From positions 27,900,001 to 27,964,000 of the forward strand of contig NC_042999.1 of the NCBI RefSeq assembly GCF_006345805.1: a DNA stretch of 64,000 bases, written 5' to 3'. Source of the DNA: Octopus sinensis. Lineage: Eukaryota. The notes below the pieces were generated by a model. The model ran no database searches and was not told where the DNA came from. It was given only the letters and a program-made list of their open reading frames with translations. Shown here one piece after another: positions 11,858 through 22,642 of this stretch; positions within the stretch are counted from its first letter, which is position 1, and every line of letters begins with the position of its first letter. A program made the position numbers and the translations under genes.

Positions 11858-12376
11858 GGGTTTTATAGAAACATAATAACGGGAAAACTTAACATTAACA
11901 AACGGAAAATTTGATAAAAACCAAAGACACGAACATTTTTTATCTAATTCCTAATCAGTCAACTTCCAACAGACCATAATAGTGTTGCGCCGTTATCGTT
12001 GAGACTACTCCTTCATTGCAGGCGCCAGTGCAAAAGAACGGCTGGGAATATCTAACGAACGTACAGGACAATGACGAAAACAAACAGGACAAACTAAAAT
12101 AATTATAATAAATATACATATACAACACAAAAGGAAATGAAAAAGTCCAAAGGAGCCGGAGACACAAGAACGACAGAACAAAGGAAGAAGTAAACAAACT
12201 ATGAAGGAAAAAGTTAAGGAGCGCAAAAAATCGTGATCGACCAACTCGGTGGCCAAAGGATAGAGGAAGACAGATATAGCTACGGGTCACGTGATAGTGG
12301 AAGGAGAAAGAGAGTAGTGGAGGCAGAGGGAGAGAAGAAACGAAAGAGAGAAGTAGAGAGGGAAAGAGAGAGAAGA

Positions 12377-12438
<62 letters not shown>

Positions 12439-12442
<4 letters not shown>

Positions 12443-12634
12443 ATCCAAACAAGAAAGCACAAAAAAACACAACAACGCGAGGTCGTGGAACAAATATAGT
12501 ATTATTGGACGCTCAGGGAAGAAGGGGGGGGTTAACGTCTCGAGCGGAGCTCTTCGTCAGAAACATAGGAGAGGGAAAGATCCAGAGAAGGGAAGACAGA
12601 GGAAAAAAATCGCCAACGGTACACACGCGGTCAC
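12439..12634 (-). mobile_element. Repeat H (~200 bp), probable Penelope-derived non-autonomous element containing a hammerhead-like motif
   Basis: Near-identical to 50043-50242 and partly to 22384-22469; flanked by (TA)n; hammerhead core at 12531-12564. Confidence 0.7.
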
Positions 12635-12798
12635 ATTTTGAATATAGATAGATAGATAGATAGATATATAAAGAGAGGCAAAGGAAAGGAAAGAGACAGG
12701 ATTGAGTATAGCACAAAAATATTCTAAGAATATTTTTACAAATGGGTAGAAAATATAAGGAGGGCGTTGCGTTACATAAATATTTCAAAGATTTCAGG

Positions 12799-12829
<31 letters not shown>

Positions 12830-12830
12830 A

Positions 12831-12868
12831 TTACTTGTTTCAGTCGTTTGACTGCGGCTATGTGCTAG
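12831..12868 (-). mobile_element. SINE B tail fragment
   Basis: ttacttgtttcagtcgtttgactgcggctatg is the reverse complement of the B tail. Confidence 0.6.
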
Positions 12869-12973
12869 ATCAAAATGCTCATTACTGCCGAGGGCTATAA
12901 TATTCATCCCAGATTATAATGGACACGAAGGTAGTGTTACTGTGGTTGTAGTCGCTGCTGCTCTTGCTGCCAA

Positions 12974-12998
12974 GACCACCACCACCACCACCACCACC

Positions 12999-13039
<41 letters not shown>

Positions 13040-13044
13040 CAATT

Positions 13045-13090
<46 letters not shown>
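12974..13090. repeat. (CAC)n(TAC)n compound trinucleotide microsatellite
   Basis: Direct observation. Confidence 0.95.
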
Positions 13091-13453
13091 AGCTGTTTAA
13101 GGGCCATGCCGGGGCATTTGATATTATGTGACATGTAGTTAAGTGCATCTGCATTTGCAACCCTGCTTCTCCCTAAGATCTAACCCAACCCCAAGTGCAG
13201 TCTGATGCTAATTCAATTTACTTACTCTGCTAACTCACTCAAAGAAGAAAAAAACGGGGAAGCTGAATGATTTTTTTTTTTTAACTTCTTCCTTCACAAA
13301 GTTAAGAATTCAAAATTTTTTGATACGGTTGTTGCTGAGTATTTATTTCAGATTGTAGCCTTTTGATTTTTACATACAGGGCAAAAGTTACAGGCAGTGT
13401 TAACGATTCAGCCAGTTCACCTTCTTATTAATAATAATAATCGTTTCTACTAG

Positions 13454-13868
13454 GGCGGCGAGCTTGCAGAAACGTTAGCACGTCGGGCGAAATGCTTAGC
13501 GGTATTTCGTCTGCCGCTACTTTCTGAGTTCAAATTCCGCCGAGGTCGACTTTGCCTTTCATCCTTTCGGGGTCGATAAAATAAGTACCAGTTACGCACT
13601 GGGGTCGATATAATCGACTTAATCCGTTTGTCTGTCCTTGTTTGTCCCCTCTGTGTTTAGCCCATTGTGGGCAATAAAGAAATAGGTATTTCGTCTGCCG
13701 CTACGTTCTGAGTTCAAATTTCGCCGAGGTCGACTTTGCCTTTCATCCTTTCGGGGTCGATGAAATAAGTACCAGTTATGCACTGGGGTCGATATAATCG
13801 ACTTAATCCCTTTGTCTGTCTTTGCTTGTCCCTTCTATGTTTATCCCCTTGTGGCCAATAAAGAAATA
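13454..13868 (+). mobile_element. SINE A dimer (47-bp head plus 2 x 184-bp unit)
   Basis: Units 13501-13684 and 13685-13868; junction AAAGAAATA|GGTATTTC. Confidence 0.9.
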
Positions 13869-13881
13869 AATAATCATTTAT

Positions 13882-14086
13882 ACTCAAAGTACAAAGCATG
13901 AAACTTTTGGAGAAGGGTCTAATCGATTACAGTGACCCTAGTGTTTCACCGGTACTTAACTTATCGACTCCGAAAGGATGAACGGCAAAGTCGACTTCGG
14001 CGGAATTTGAACTCAGCACGTAAAGACCGAACAAATGTTGCTTAGCATCTTGCCCGGCGTGCTAACGATTCTGGTAGCTGGCTGCC
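13882..14086 (-). mobile_element. Older SINE A-related copy with alternative tail (A')
   Basis: Shares the A head and B-box/body; diverged. Confidence 0.7.
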
Positions 14087-15576
14087 TTACATATTTCATA
14101 TCGTCATACATAAAGTATGTCTAAACGAGATGGCAAAGATTGTTTTTATTACCCTGCTGGAACACAGTTAACCTGGGGTTAAGCCGCAACAGCAATCATT
14201 AAGTATCATACGAAACATATTGGAATAGCAGGGATATTTTAGAACTTCAGAGGTTGTTGTTTAACATCAGTCTAGTCCTGATTGAGTAAACTTGTCATCT
14301 AAAGAATTCCGTTAGCGAATACCTTTATCCCTATATTCTATCGTTTTGAGGATGGTAGAGCATGCCTGCTGTTTCTGACAAGATGATCAGACTTGTAAAA
14401 GTGTTGCGCTCAACGATGGAGCAAATACATCGCTGGTAATGGAGACTATATCGAGTAGCATATATGTATAGAGAGGAAGAGTGACTCTACGAATACGTGC
14501 TTGAAAACCCCGTGTCAGTTAATAAAATATTATCCCTGTTTTAGCATTGCTTTCGATAACACCCTCATTTTTCAGTTTCATCTAAGTTATCCATCAGCTG
14601 TTTTGCGATAAACACCTGTTCTATTTAGTAATGCTAATCTTCTTTGGAAAGGTAAGGTCACCACAGTTTCAAACTCTATTCCTCTGTCGTTAGAGATCTC
14701 CACTAGATGGTACTTGGGTCACTCGTAGCGGTGGCATTTTTGTAGCATTTCTTTGCTCGGTGCTTTTTCATTCTCACCGATTCTTAGTACCAACATAACC
14801 GCTCATATAGAGCATCGAACGCTGGTGATGTTTTCAGTACTCCTCCTACTTGCAGCAGGAAGATTGAACTTTCACATCATAATAGATTATACCTTTGAAA
14901 ATTGCTACCTTTGTTATGAAACCAAACCAATATTGATGATATCTACCAACAGCTAACTGTTCGAGGCTTTGTGATAGCATGTAAATGATCGCTCAGCTTG
15001 CTAGAGATAGCTAATAAATGTCACTTAAAGCAGTAGGCGATAACAAATATTTTTTTCTGATAGGGAAAAGCAACTGGATACAACTTCGAAGATATTCCGG
15101 TATACTGAATAATCTCAGCCGAAGTCTTAGCAGAGATATAGCTCTGAAAATTTATAGAATTATTTCCTTGTCTGGTGTATTGATGTAGAAAATAAGGACT
15201 ATTTTAGTCATTAATTAATTCCGATATTGTTTTACTGTTATTTTTATTCTATTACGGGTGTCAGAGATCGAAGAATAGGTATGGTGGGGGCTTTTAAAAT
15301 TTGGTATAATATATGTCACAGGACGTTGAAATCCACAGCCAGAGAGTGAGTGCTGTACTTACAATAATTTCGCTGCCTCTGTCATAGATAGAAGAAAGAC
15401 ATGGTCGAAATGCTTGCAACTGAATAAACACCAATGTACGGACACAATGGTCAAGTGGTGTGATGGTGTTAAAGCTGAAGGACAAATTAAGTTTATTTCT
15501 ACAACACATAAAGCACCACCAGTGGTCAGTTCTTGCTATTGTCTGTGAAGCCTGGCGTCTCACTATATTCTGAGTA

Positions 15577-15793
15577 AGGGATTGAGTCGATTATATCGCC
15601 CCCAGTGCGAAACTGGTACTTTATTTATCGACCCCGAAAGGATGAAAGGCGAGGTCAACTTTGCCTTTCATCCTTTCGGGGTCGATAAATAAAGTACCAG
15701 TTTCGCACTGGGGGCCTTATAATCGACTCAATCCCTTCGTCTGTCTTTGTTTGTCCCCTCTATGTTTAGCACCTTCTGGGCAGTAAAGAAATA
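15577..15793 (+). mobile_element. SINE A 3' part preceded by an inverted duplication of itself (fold-back)
   Basis: 74-bp arms at 15577-15650 and 15663-15736, 2 mismatches, 12-nt spacer. Confidence 0.9.
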
Positions 15794-16529
15794 TATATAT
15801 TCTGAGTAATGGGTTCCTTCGAAGACACTCGCAGCATCATTCTTCCAGACGAAGGAAAGAGAAGTAAAAGGGAAATACAACCAATTCTGACTAAGCTGCT
15901 TTCCCATTCAGCATCTGCGGTCATACCGGTTTCTTCCGAATTGGTCACGTTCAGCATCAGCAAGCCTGCAGCTGATGAGGTCATCCTCCTCCGCAAATTT
16001 TCGCTCGCGATGCAAAGCCAAAAAGTGAACTAAAAACTGATATTTTGATGGATTTTCATTCAACTACATTCGACCAAATATTGATTTCAAATGTTAGCAC
16101 AAGGCCAGCAAGATCGTGGGTGGAGCAAGTTGATTACACTGACGAGGATTTCGCCCGGCGTGCTACCGATTCTGCCAGCTCTTCGCTCGCAAAGCAAAGT
16201 TAAGAGGAAGAGAACACGAGAATGCTATTTTGACGGATTTTCACACAACTTCAGTCGGCCAAGTATTAATCACAAAGCTTTGTCGCCCCGTAGCTATTGG
16301 AGAAAACACTTGCGCAAATTTCTGCACTGTGGGATCGTCTATGAAAACAATTGGCTTCCGAAGCGAGCTTCTTCACTGTGCAGTTATACATGCATCAATG
16401 CCCTTCATAGACACTGAATGAGTAAAAGCATATTTAGTAGTCGGGATATTAAAAATTCTAATTTGGAGCCAAACAAATTTTACGTCATGCGATGACGAAT
16501 ATACACTCACTAACACAGACACACACACA

Positions 16530-16565
<36 letters not shown>

Positions 16566-16635
16566 TACATATGTATATATCTGATGTAGGTATATATATG
16601 TATATGTACACACACACACACACACACACACACAT

Positions 16636-16636
<1 letters not shown>

Positions 16637-16669
<33 letters not shown>

Positions 16670-19089
16670 CTAGTTTCAGCTTATGAGCTGTGGCCATGCT
16701 GGGGCACCGCCATTTGGTGTTGCTACTTGGTTTCACTTCATGGAGGCTTTCTAGCAACTGCTATTTGGTGCATGAGAGAGTTCGATGCAGCTGCCCTCAT
16801 CTGCCCCTCCTGCCGTGAAGTTGGTTCATCTGGGACACCTGACAGGAAGAGATCCAGCTTCATTTTAAAGACATCTGTATCCACCCCATGCAGGTCTCTC
16901 AGGTTCTTCGGGAGGATATTGAAGAGCTGTGGGCCTCGGAAGCCCAGGCTATCACAGAATCTTGTCCTACATCTTGATGGCAGGTTTGGAGTCCTAGGCA
17001 CCACGCAGTGGCGCCCAGTTCTGGCATTTGCGTAACTCTCGATGCCAAAGTTCAGGACACTTCCCTCCAGGATCTTCCAGATGTATATTATGGCATATCT
17101 TTCCCGCCTACGCTCCAGAGAATATAATTTTAATCTCTTGAGTCTTTCCCAGTAGCTTACATTCTGCATAGAGGCTATCTTCTTTGTGTAGCTTCGTTGG
17201 ATCGCCTCAAGTTCTGTGATCAACTTGACACTGGATGGTGACCATAGCTGAGAGCAATAGTCAAAGTGGCTTAGGACAAGTGTCTTCCAGAGGACCATCA
17301 TGGTTTTTTGTTCTCTTGTTCTAAAGGTTCTAAGAATCCATCCAGCCAGCCGTCTACATTTCATTGTCAGTTTAGCAACATGTACATGAAAGGTCGCGTC
17401 ATCACTCATGTGAATACCCAGGTCACGCACTGATTGTGCCTCTGAGATTGCAATCCCTCCGGGTCCAGTGTATTCATTGGGTATTGCATTCAGTTTTGCA
17501 TGCTGATAGTATAAAGCTTGAAACTTTCCAGCATTGAACTGCATGCTATTCTTTTCAGCCCACTTGTATATTTCGTCCAGCTCACATTGCAGGTGTTTAG
17601 TGTCCTCAGGGTTCTGTATTGCCTGTGAAACTTTTGTATCATCTGCATAACTTGTGATCGTGGCTCTCTGCGTGGCTGAGGGCATGTCTGAGAGGGCCAT
17701 TATGAACAGTAGTGGTCCCAGAACAGTGCCCTGCGGAACACCGCTCACTATTTGTGTGTTAATGGAGGTGGCCCCATTGGCTACTACCACCTGACTTCTA
17801 TCCTTCAGAAAGTCATGAAGCCATTCTCCCAGTTTTCCAACTATGTTGAGATCACGCAGTTTGTGACATATCATTCCATGATCGACTTTATCAAAGGCCT
17901 TTGCAAAGTCGAGATATATCACTTCCACATTTGAGTGGTTGAGCAGCCGTTTCAGCACCCAGTCATAGTGTTGTAGGAGCTGAGTTAAACAGCTTCTCCC
18001 TGGTCGGAAACCATGTTGGGTGTCGGGCAGCAAGTCATTCTCTTCAAGGAAGGTGATCAGCTTCCTTCTGACTATTCGTTCCATGACCTTGCTGATGTGT
18101 GAGGTCAGAGAGATAGGTCTATAGTTCTTGGCTTCCGCTCTGCTACCTCCTTTATGAATGGGGCATATTTTACCTTTCTTCAGTTTTCCTGGAAGTTTGC
18201 CAGCTGCAAGGAAGCTCTGAAAGAGGAACTGCAGTGGTCTTGCTAGGACTCTCTTACATGCTTTTAGGAGGATTGCCGGGAATCCATCGGGGCCAGTAGC
18301 TGAGTCTGTTTTCATTTCATCTATAGCCTTGGTTACATCGTCTTCCTTTATATCGATGTAATCTATCGTCGCCACCTCTGATTTTATATCTGCAGTGGTA
18401 AAAAAGTCAGTTGGATTAGTGATTTGGAGATGCCCAAGGGGTGGAGTGAAAACACTCTTGAATTGCTCATTCAGTATTTCACTTACCCTCATTGGTTTTC
18501 CTGTAAGTGTGCCATCCTTTTCGAGGAGTGGCCCTATTCTACAGTGCCCTGTAGCTGTTTCTTTGGCATACCTGTAGAAAGCTCTGGGGTTAGATTTTAT
18601 GTTTTCTATAGCCCAGGCTTCTTTGTCTGCTCTTTCTTTTTCATGGGAGAGTTGCAGACATTTTTCGATTTCCAACAGTTTTATTTTTAGGCGGGACTTT
18701 TCACTGCTTTCAATTTGTTTGTTTAGGCGATTTGAAAATTTCGTACGCCGTCTCATTAAAATTTTCCTCTCTCTGGGGATTTTGTTCTTGTGTACAGTGG
18801 CCTTTCTCTCTGGGACACATTTGTAGCATATGGCTTGCATTACAGACATGAATTGTTGAAGTTTCACGTCGATGTCTGGCGAGGAGAGACATTTAGGCCA
18901 GTTTTGTTTGAGGATCTCTTTCTCAATTTGTTTCCAGTTTGCCTTATGGTAGTTCAAGCTGGAAAGATTTTGAGGGTTTCTTGTAGGCTGCATGTCCGTG
19001 CTCTCTTTTGGCCCGTACATGGTCAGCTCTATCATGTTGTGATCCGAGAGTAGTGTCGGTGTCACTTTCACATTATGGATGAGATCCAT
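16637..19089 (-). mobile_element. 5'-truncated CR1-group LINE with (AATC)n tail
   Basis: ORF2 remnant, short 3' UTR (16670-16737) and (TGAT)n on the plus strand at 16637-16669. Confidence 0.9.
16738..19089 (-). CDS. LINE ORF2 remnant: APE endonuclease C-terminus plus complete reverse transcriptase, 783 aa, no stops
   Basis: SDHNMIEL (APE end), SATGPDGFP, NYRPISLTS, QHGFRPGRSC, YLDFAKAFDKVDH, SGVPQGTVLGPLLF, YADD. The N-terminal 65 aa of the listed 848-aa ORF are microsatellite read-through. Confidence 0.9.
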   Translation of the reverse strand: MDLIHNVKVTPTLLSDHNMIELTMYGPKESTDMQPTRNPQNLSSLNYHKANWKQIEKEILKQNWPKCLSSPDIDVKLQQFMSVMQAICYKCVPERKATVHKNKIPRERKILMRRRTKFSNRLNKQIESSEKSRLKIKLLEIEKCLQLSHEKERADKEAWAIENIKSNPRAFYRYAKETATGHCRIGPLLEKDGTLTGKPMRVSEILNEQFKSVFTPPLGHLQITNPTDFFTTADIKSEVATIDYIDIKEDDVTKAIDEMKTDSATGPDGFPAILLKACKRVLARPLQFLFQSFLAAGKLPGKLKKGKICPIHKGGSRAEAKNYRPISLTSHISKVMERIVRRKLITFLEENDLLPDTQHGFRPGRSCLTQLLQHYDWVLKRLLNHSNVEVIYLDFAKAFDKVDHGMICHKLRDLNIVGKLGEWLHDFLKDRSQVVVANGATSINTQIVSGVPQGTVLGPLLFIMALSDMPSATQRATITSYADDTKVSQAIQNPEDTKHLQCELDEIYKWAEKNSMQFNAGKFQALYYQHAKLNAIPNEYTGPGGIAISEAQSVRDLGIHMSDDATFHVHVAKLTMKCRRLAGWILRTFRTREQKTMMVLWKTLVLSHFDYCSQLWSPSSVKLITELEAIQRSYTKKIASMQNVSYWERLKRLKLYSLERRRERYAIIYIWKILEGSVLNFGIESYANARTGRHCVVPRTPNLPSRCRTRFCDSLGFRGPQLFNILPKNLRDLHGVDTDVFKMKLDLFLSGVPDEPTSRQEGQMRAAASNSLMHQIAVARKPP

Positions 19090-19222
19090 GTATATACATA
19101 CGCATATGTGTGTGTATATATATATATATATATAAATATATAGATAGATAAATAGATACATACATACATAGATTTCTTCATATATATGTGTGTATATACA
19201 TATATATATAAAATATATATAT

Positions 19223-19255
<33 letters not shown>

Positions 19256-19333
19256 CACACACACACATATATATACACACACATATTTATGTATATATAT
19301 ACATGAACACATATATATGTATATATGTTTACT

Positions 19334-19388
<55 letters not shown>

Positions 19389-19411
19389 GTATATATATAT
19401 AGATACATATG

Positions 19412-19452
<41 letters not shown>

Positions 19453-19877
19453 GTATGTATGTATATATGTATGTGAACACAAACACACACAAATACACAC
19501 GCATGTATATATATTCTATTTTATCAACGAGCACAAGAACGAACACCAGATATGTTTCATGTTTCATCCTATGAAACTATTATAAAAACAGTGAAATATC
19601 TTGGGTGCGGATTTTTTACCGCCCCACCGGAATCACCGAATCGAAAAACAAATATGCTTATATAAATACAGAGACAAATAAATAAATAAATAGTTATCTG
19701 TGTGTAGATGTGTCTATGTATACGCACATACATGTATGTGTATATAATATATAATATATATTATATATATATATATATATACATATGATTATTTATTTCA
19801 TATATTACTCTCTGTTTCAGTCTCTCCTCTCCCCTCTCTCTGTATATACATATATTTATATATTTATACATTTATAC

Positions 19878-19908
<31 letters not shown>

Positions 19909-19941
19909 ATATATATATATATATTATATATATATATATAT

Positions 19942-19995
<54 letters not shown>

Positions 19996-20005
19996 TATAA
20001 TATAT
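19090..20005. repeat. Long TA/CA-rich low-complexity region with a short unique island
   Basis: Direct observation. Confidence 0.85.
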
Positions 20006-20372
20006 AAACTTCCATAGTTTCCGTTTTACACGCTAGATGTCACAACTGTAATGATCTCAGGACAGTACTTAGTATGTGGGCGAAAATGTTCTTTGCAATT
20101 AAAGTGAAAGACAGTTTAAATAACAAAACAAAAGAAAACGTAAAAACGTCGTCAACAAGCACAGCAGCCACAGCAATAAGTTACTAAGGTGTGTAAGTGC
20201 GAAGAAGACTCAAAGGGATGAGAATTTCATGTCACTTTTTTTCTCTCTCTCCGAATAATCAGTCTGTGTCATTTCCTGTCGTCAAACCATTTTTAATAGT
20301 TCGTCTGCGACACACACACACACGCATACACAGACAGATAGACAGACAGATGTATATGTGATTATACATGAA

Positions 20373-20971
20373 GGCGGCGAGCTGGCAGAAACGTTAGCAC
20401 GCCGGGCGAAATGCTTAGCGGTATTTCGTCTGTCGTTACGTTGTGAGTTCAAATTCCGCCGAGGTCGACTTTGCCTTTCATCCTTTTGGGATCGATAAAT
20501 AAAGTACCAGTTACGCACTGGGGTCGATGTAATCGACTTAATACCTATGTCTGTCCTTGTTTGTCCCTTCTATGTTTAGCCCCTCGTGGGTAATAAAGAA
20601 ATAGGTATTTCGTCTGTCGTTACGTTGTGAGTTCAAATTCCACCGAGGTCAACTTTGCCTTTCATCCTTTTGGGATCGATAAATAAAGTACCAGTTACGC
20701 ACTGGGGTCGATGTAAACGACTTAATACCTATGTCTGTCCTTGTTTGTCCCTTCTATGTTTAGCCTGTCGTGGGTAATAAAGAAATAGGTATTTCGTCTG
20801 TCGTTACGTTGTGAGTTCAAATTCCACCGAGGTCAACTTTGCCTTTCATCCTTTTGGAGTCGATAAATTAAGTACCAGGTACGCACTGGGGTCCATGCGA
20901 TCAACTTAATCCGTTCGTCTGTCCTTGTTTGTCCCCTCTATATTTAGCCCCTTGTGGGCAATAAAGAAATA
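20373..20971 (+). mobile_element. SINE A trimer (head plus 3 x 184 bp)
   Basis: Units 20420-20603, 20604-20787 and 20788-20971; same junction as at 13684/13685. Confidence 0.9.
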
Positions 20972-21006
20972 TATATGTATGTCTGTGTGTCTATAAATAT
21001 GCTAGT

Positions 21007-21310
21007 GAGTGGGTGTGTGGTAAGTAGCTTGCTACCCAGCCACATGGTTCTGGGTTCAGTCCCACTGCATGGCAGCTTGGGCAAGTGTCTTCTGCTATAG
21101 CCCCGGGCCGACCAATGCCTTGTGAGTGGATTTGGTAGACGGAAACTGAAAGAAGCCTGTCGTATATATGTATATATATATATATATGTGCGTTTGTGTT
21201 TGTGTGTATGTGTTTGTCTCCCTAGCATTGCTTGACGACCGATGCTGGTGTGTTTACGTCCCCGTCACTTACCGGCTCGGCAAAAGAGACCGATAGAATA
21301 AGTACTGGGC
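21007..21310 (+). mobile_element. SINE B, 3'-truncated
   Basis: B head and body; ends at ...agtactgggc where an antisense copy begins. Confidence 0.9.
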
Positions 21311-21399
21311 TTTGCCGAACCGCTAAGTTACAGGGACGTAAACACACCAGCATCGGTTGTCAAGCGATGTTGGGGGGACAGACACAGGCACACAATGAT

Positions 21400-21492
<93 letters not shown>

Positions 21493-21657
21493 TACGACGG
21501 GCTTCTTTCAGTTTCCGTCTACCAAATCCACTCACAAGGCTTTGGTCGGCCCGAGGCTATAGTAGAAGACACTTGCCGAAGGTGCCATGCAGTGGGACTG
21601 AACCCAGCACCATGTGGTTGGTAAGCAAGCTACTTACCACACAGCCACTCCTGCGCC
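21311..21657 (-). mobile_element. SINE B, antisense, 3'-truncated
   Basis: Reverse complement of the B head ends ...cagccactcctgcgcc at 21657. Confidence 0.9.
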
Positions 21658-22294
21658 TATATAAGTAATAATTTTAAATTTGGATATACACTTTGTAGTA
21701 AGCCGTTTCAAGTCCGTTCACTGTATTCGGCTATCTGATGTCATCAACAGTATGGATTTAAATTTCACTGGATTTACTTCAGGAATTTCTCTGTGTTCGT
21801 CGAGTTCATGAAACAGGAGAGAAAGAGAATGGAATTCATAAGATTCTTTATGAATCACTTCGATCGTTTCTACTCAACGTGCATCGGTGCCTTGCGAGTG
21901 AGAGATGTTGTACAAAGAGTTGTGGTGCATCATTGTTGCAGATGTGTCTCGCCGAGTGATATGTGATTTGTGTACCTCGTTTTAAAATCTCTGTTTCGTT
22001 TATTTCGGTTAGAATACATTTTGGAAGTTGTCTGCAGCTACTCACAGACACGAGAAACTTTAGTTATAATTGAAGAATGCTTCTCCTATAAGTAATAAGT
22101 TGACTTACAAAGAATCAAAAGTGACATAAGAATAAAATAAAAGAGTGAATCAAATGATATGCTTTACACTGATAACGAAATACGTTGTGTAAAATCATAA
22201 AGCAATAAAACAATCATAGATAGCACGAAAAGCAATAAAACACAATCTAGGCGACTTTTATATTCTATGAGGCCAACATATATATATATATATC

Positions 22295-22349
<55 letters not shown>

Positions 22350-22383
22350 TATACACACTAATATATACGTATATATATACATT

Positions 22384-22469
22384 TCCTTCTTTCCTGAGCG
22401 TCCAATAATACTATATTTGTTCCACGTCCTCGCCTTGTTGTTTTTTTGTGCTTTCTTGTTTGGATTAAC
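22384..22469 (+). mobile_element. Repeat H fragment (opposite orientation to 12439)
   Basis: cctgagcgtccaataatactatatttgttccacgtcctcgc...ggattaac is the reverse complement of H. Confidence 0.75.
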
Positions 22470-22481
22470 AATATATATATG

Positions 22482-22541
<60 letters not shown>

Positions 22542-22589
22542 CTATATATATATATATGTATATATATATGTATATATATATATGCGTAT

Positions 22590-22642
<53 letters not shown>

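Noticed and set aside
13501-13868. SINE A multimers as classical hammerhead retrozymes
   Set aside because: No CUGANGA/GAAA core on either strand of the 184-bp unit, although it has several small hairpins.
14350-14950. Possible Gypsy integrase remnant (EISNDRGIEFET)
   Set aside because: A single weak motif, many stops and no collinear support.
15766-16033. Overlapping 74-76 aa ORFs on both strands
   Set aside because: No recognisable domain or splice context.
19090-19284. N-terminal 65 aa of the 848-aa ORF
   Set aside because: Microsatellite read-through; LINE homology starts at 19089.
20420-20971. Regular 184-bp repeats as a CRISPR-like array
   Set aside because: The units are contiguous SINE bodies without unique spacers; eukaryotic context and no cas genes.
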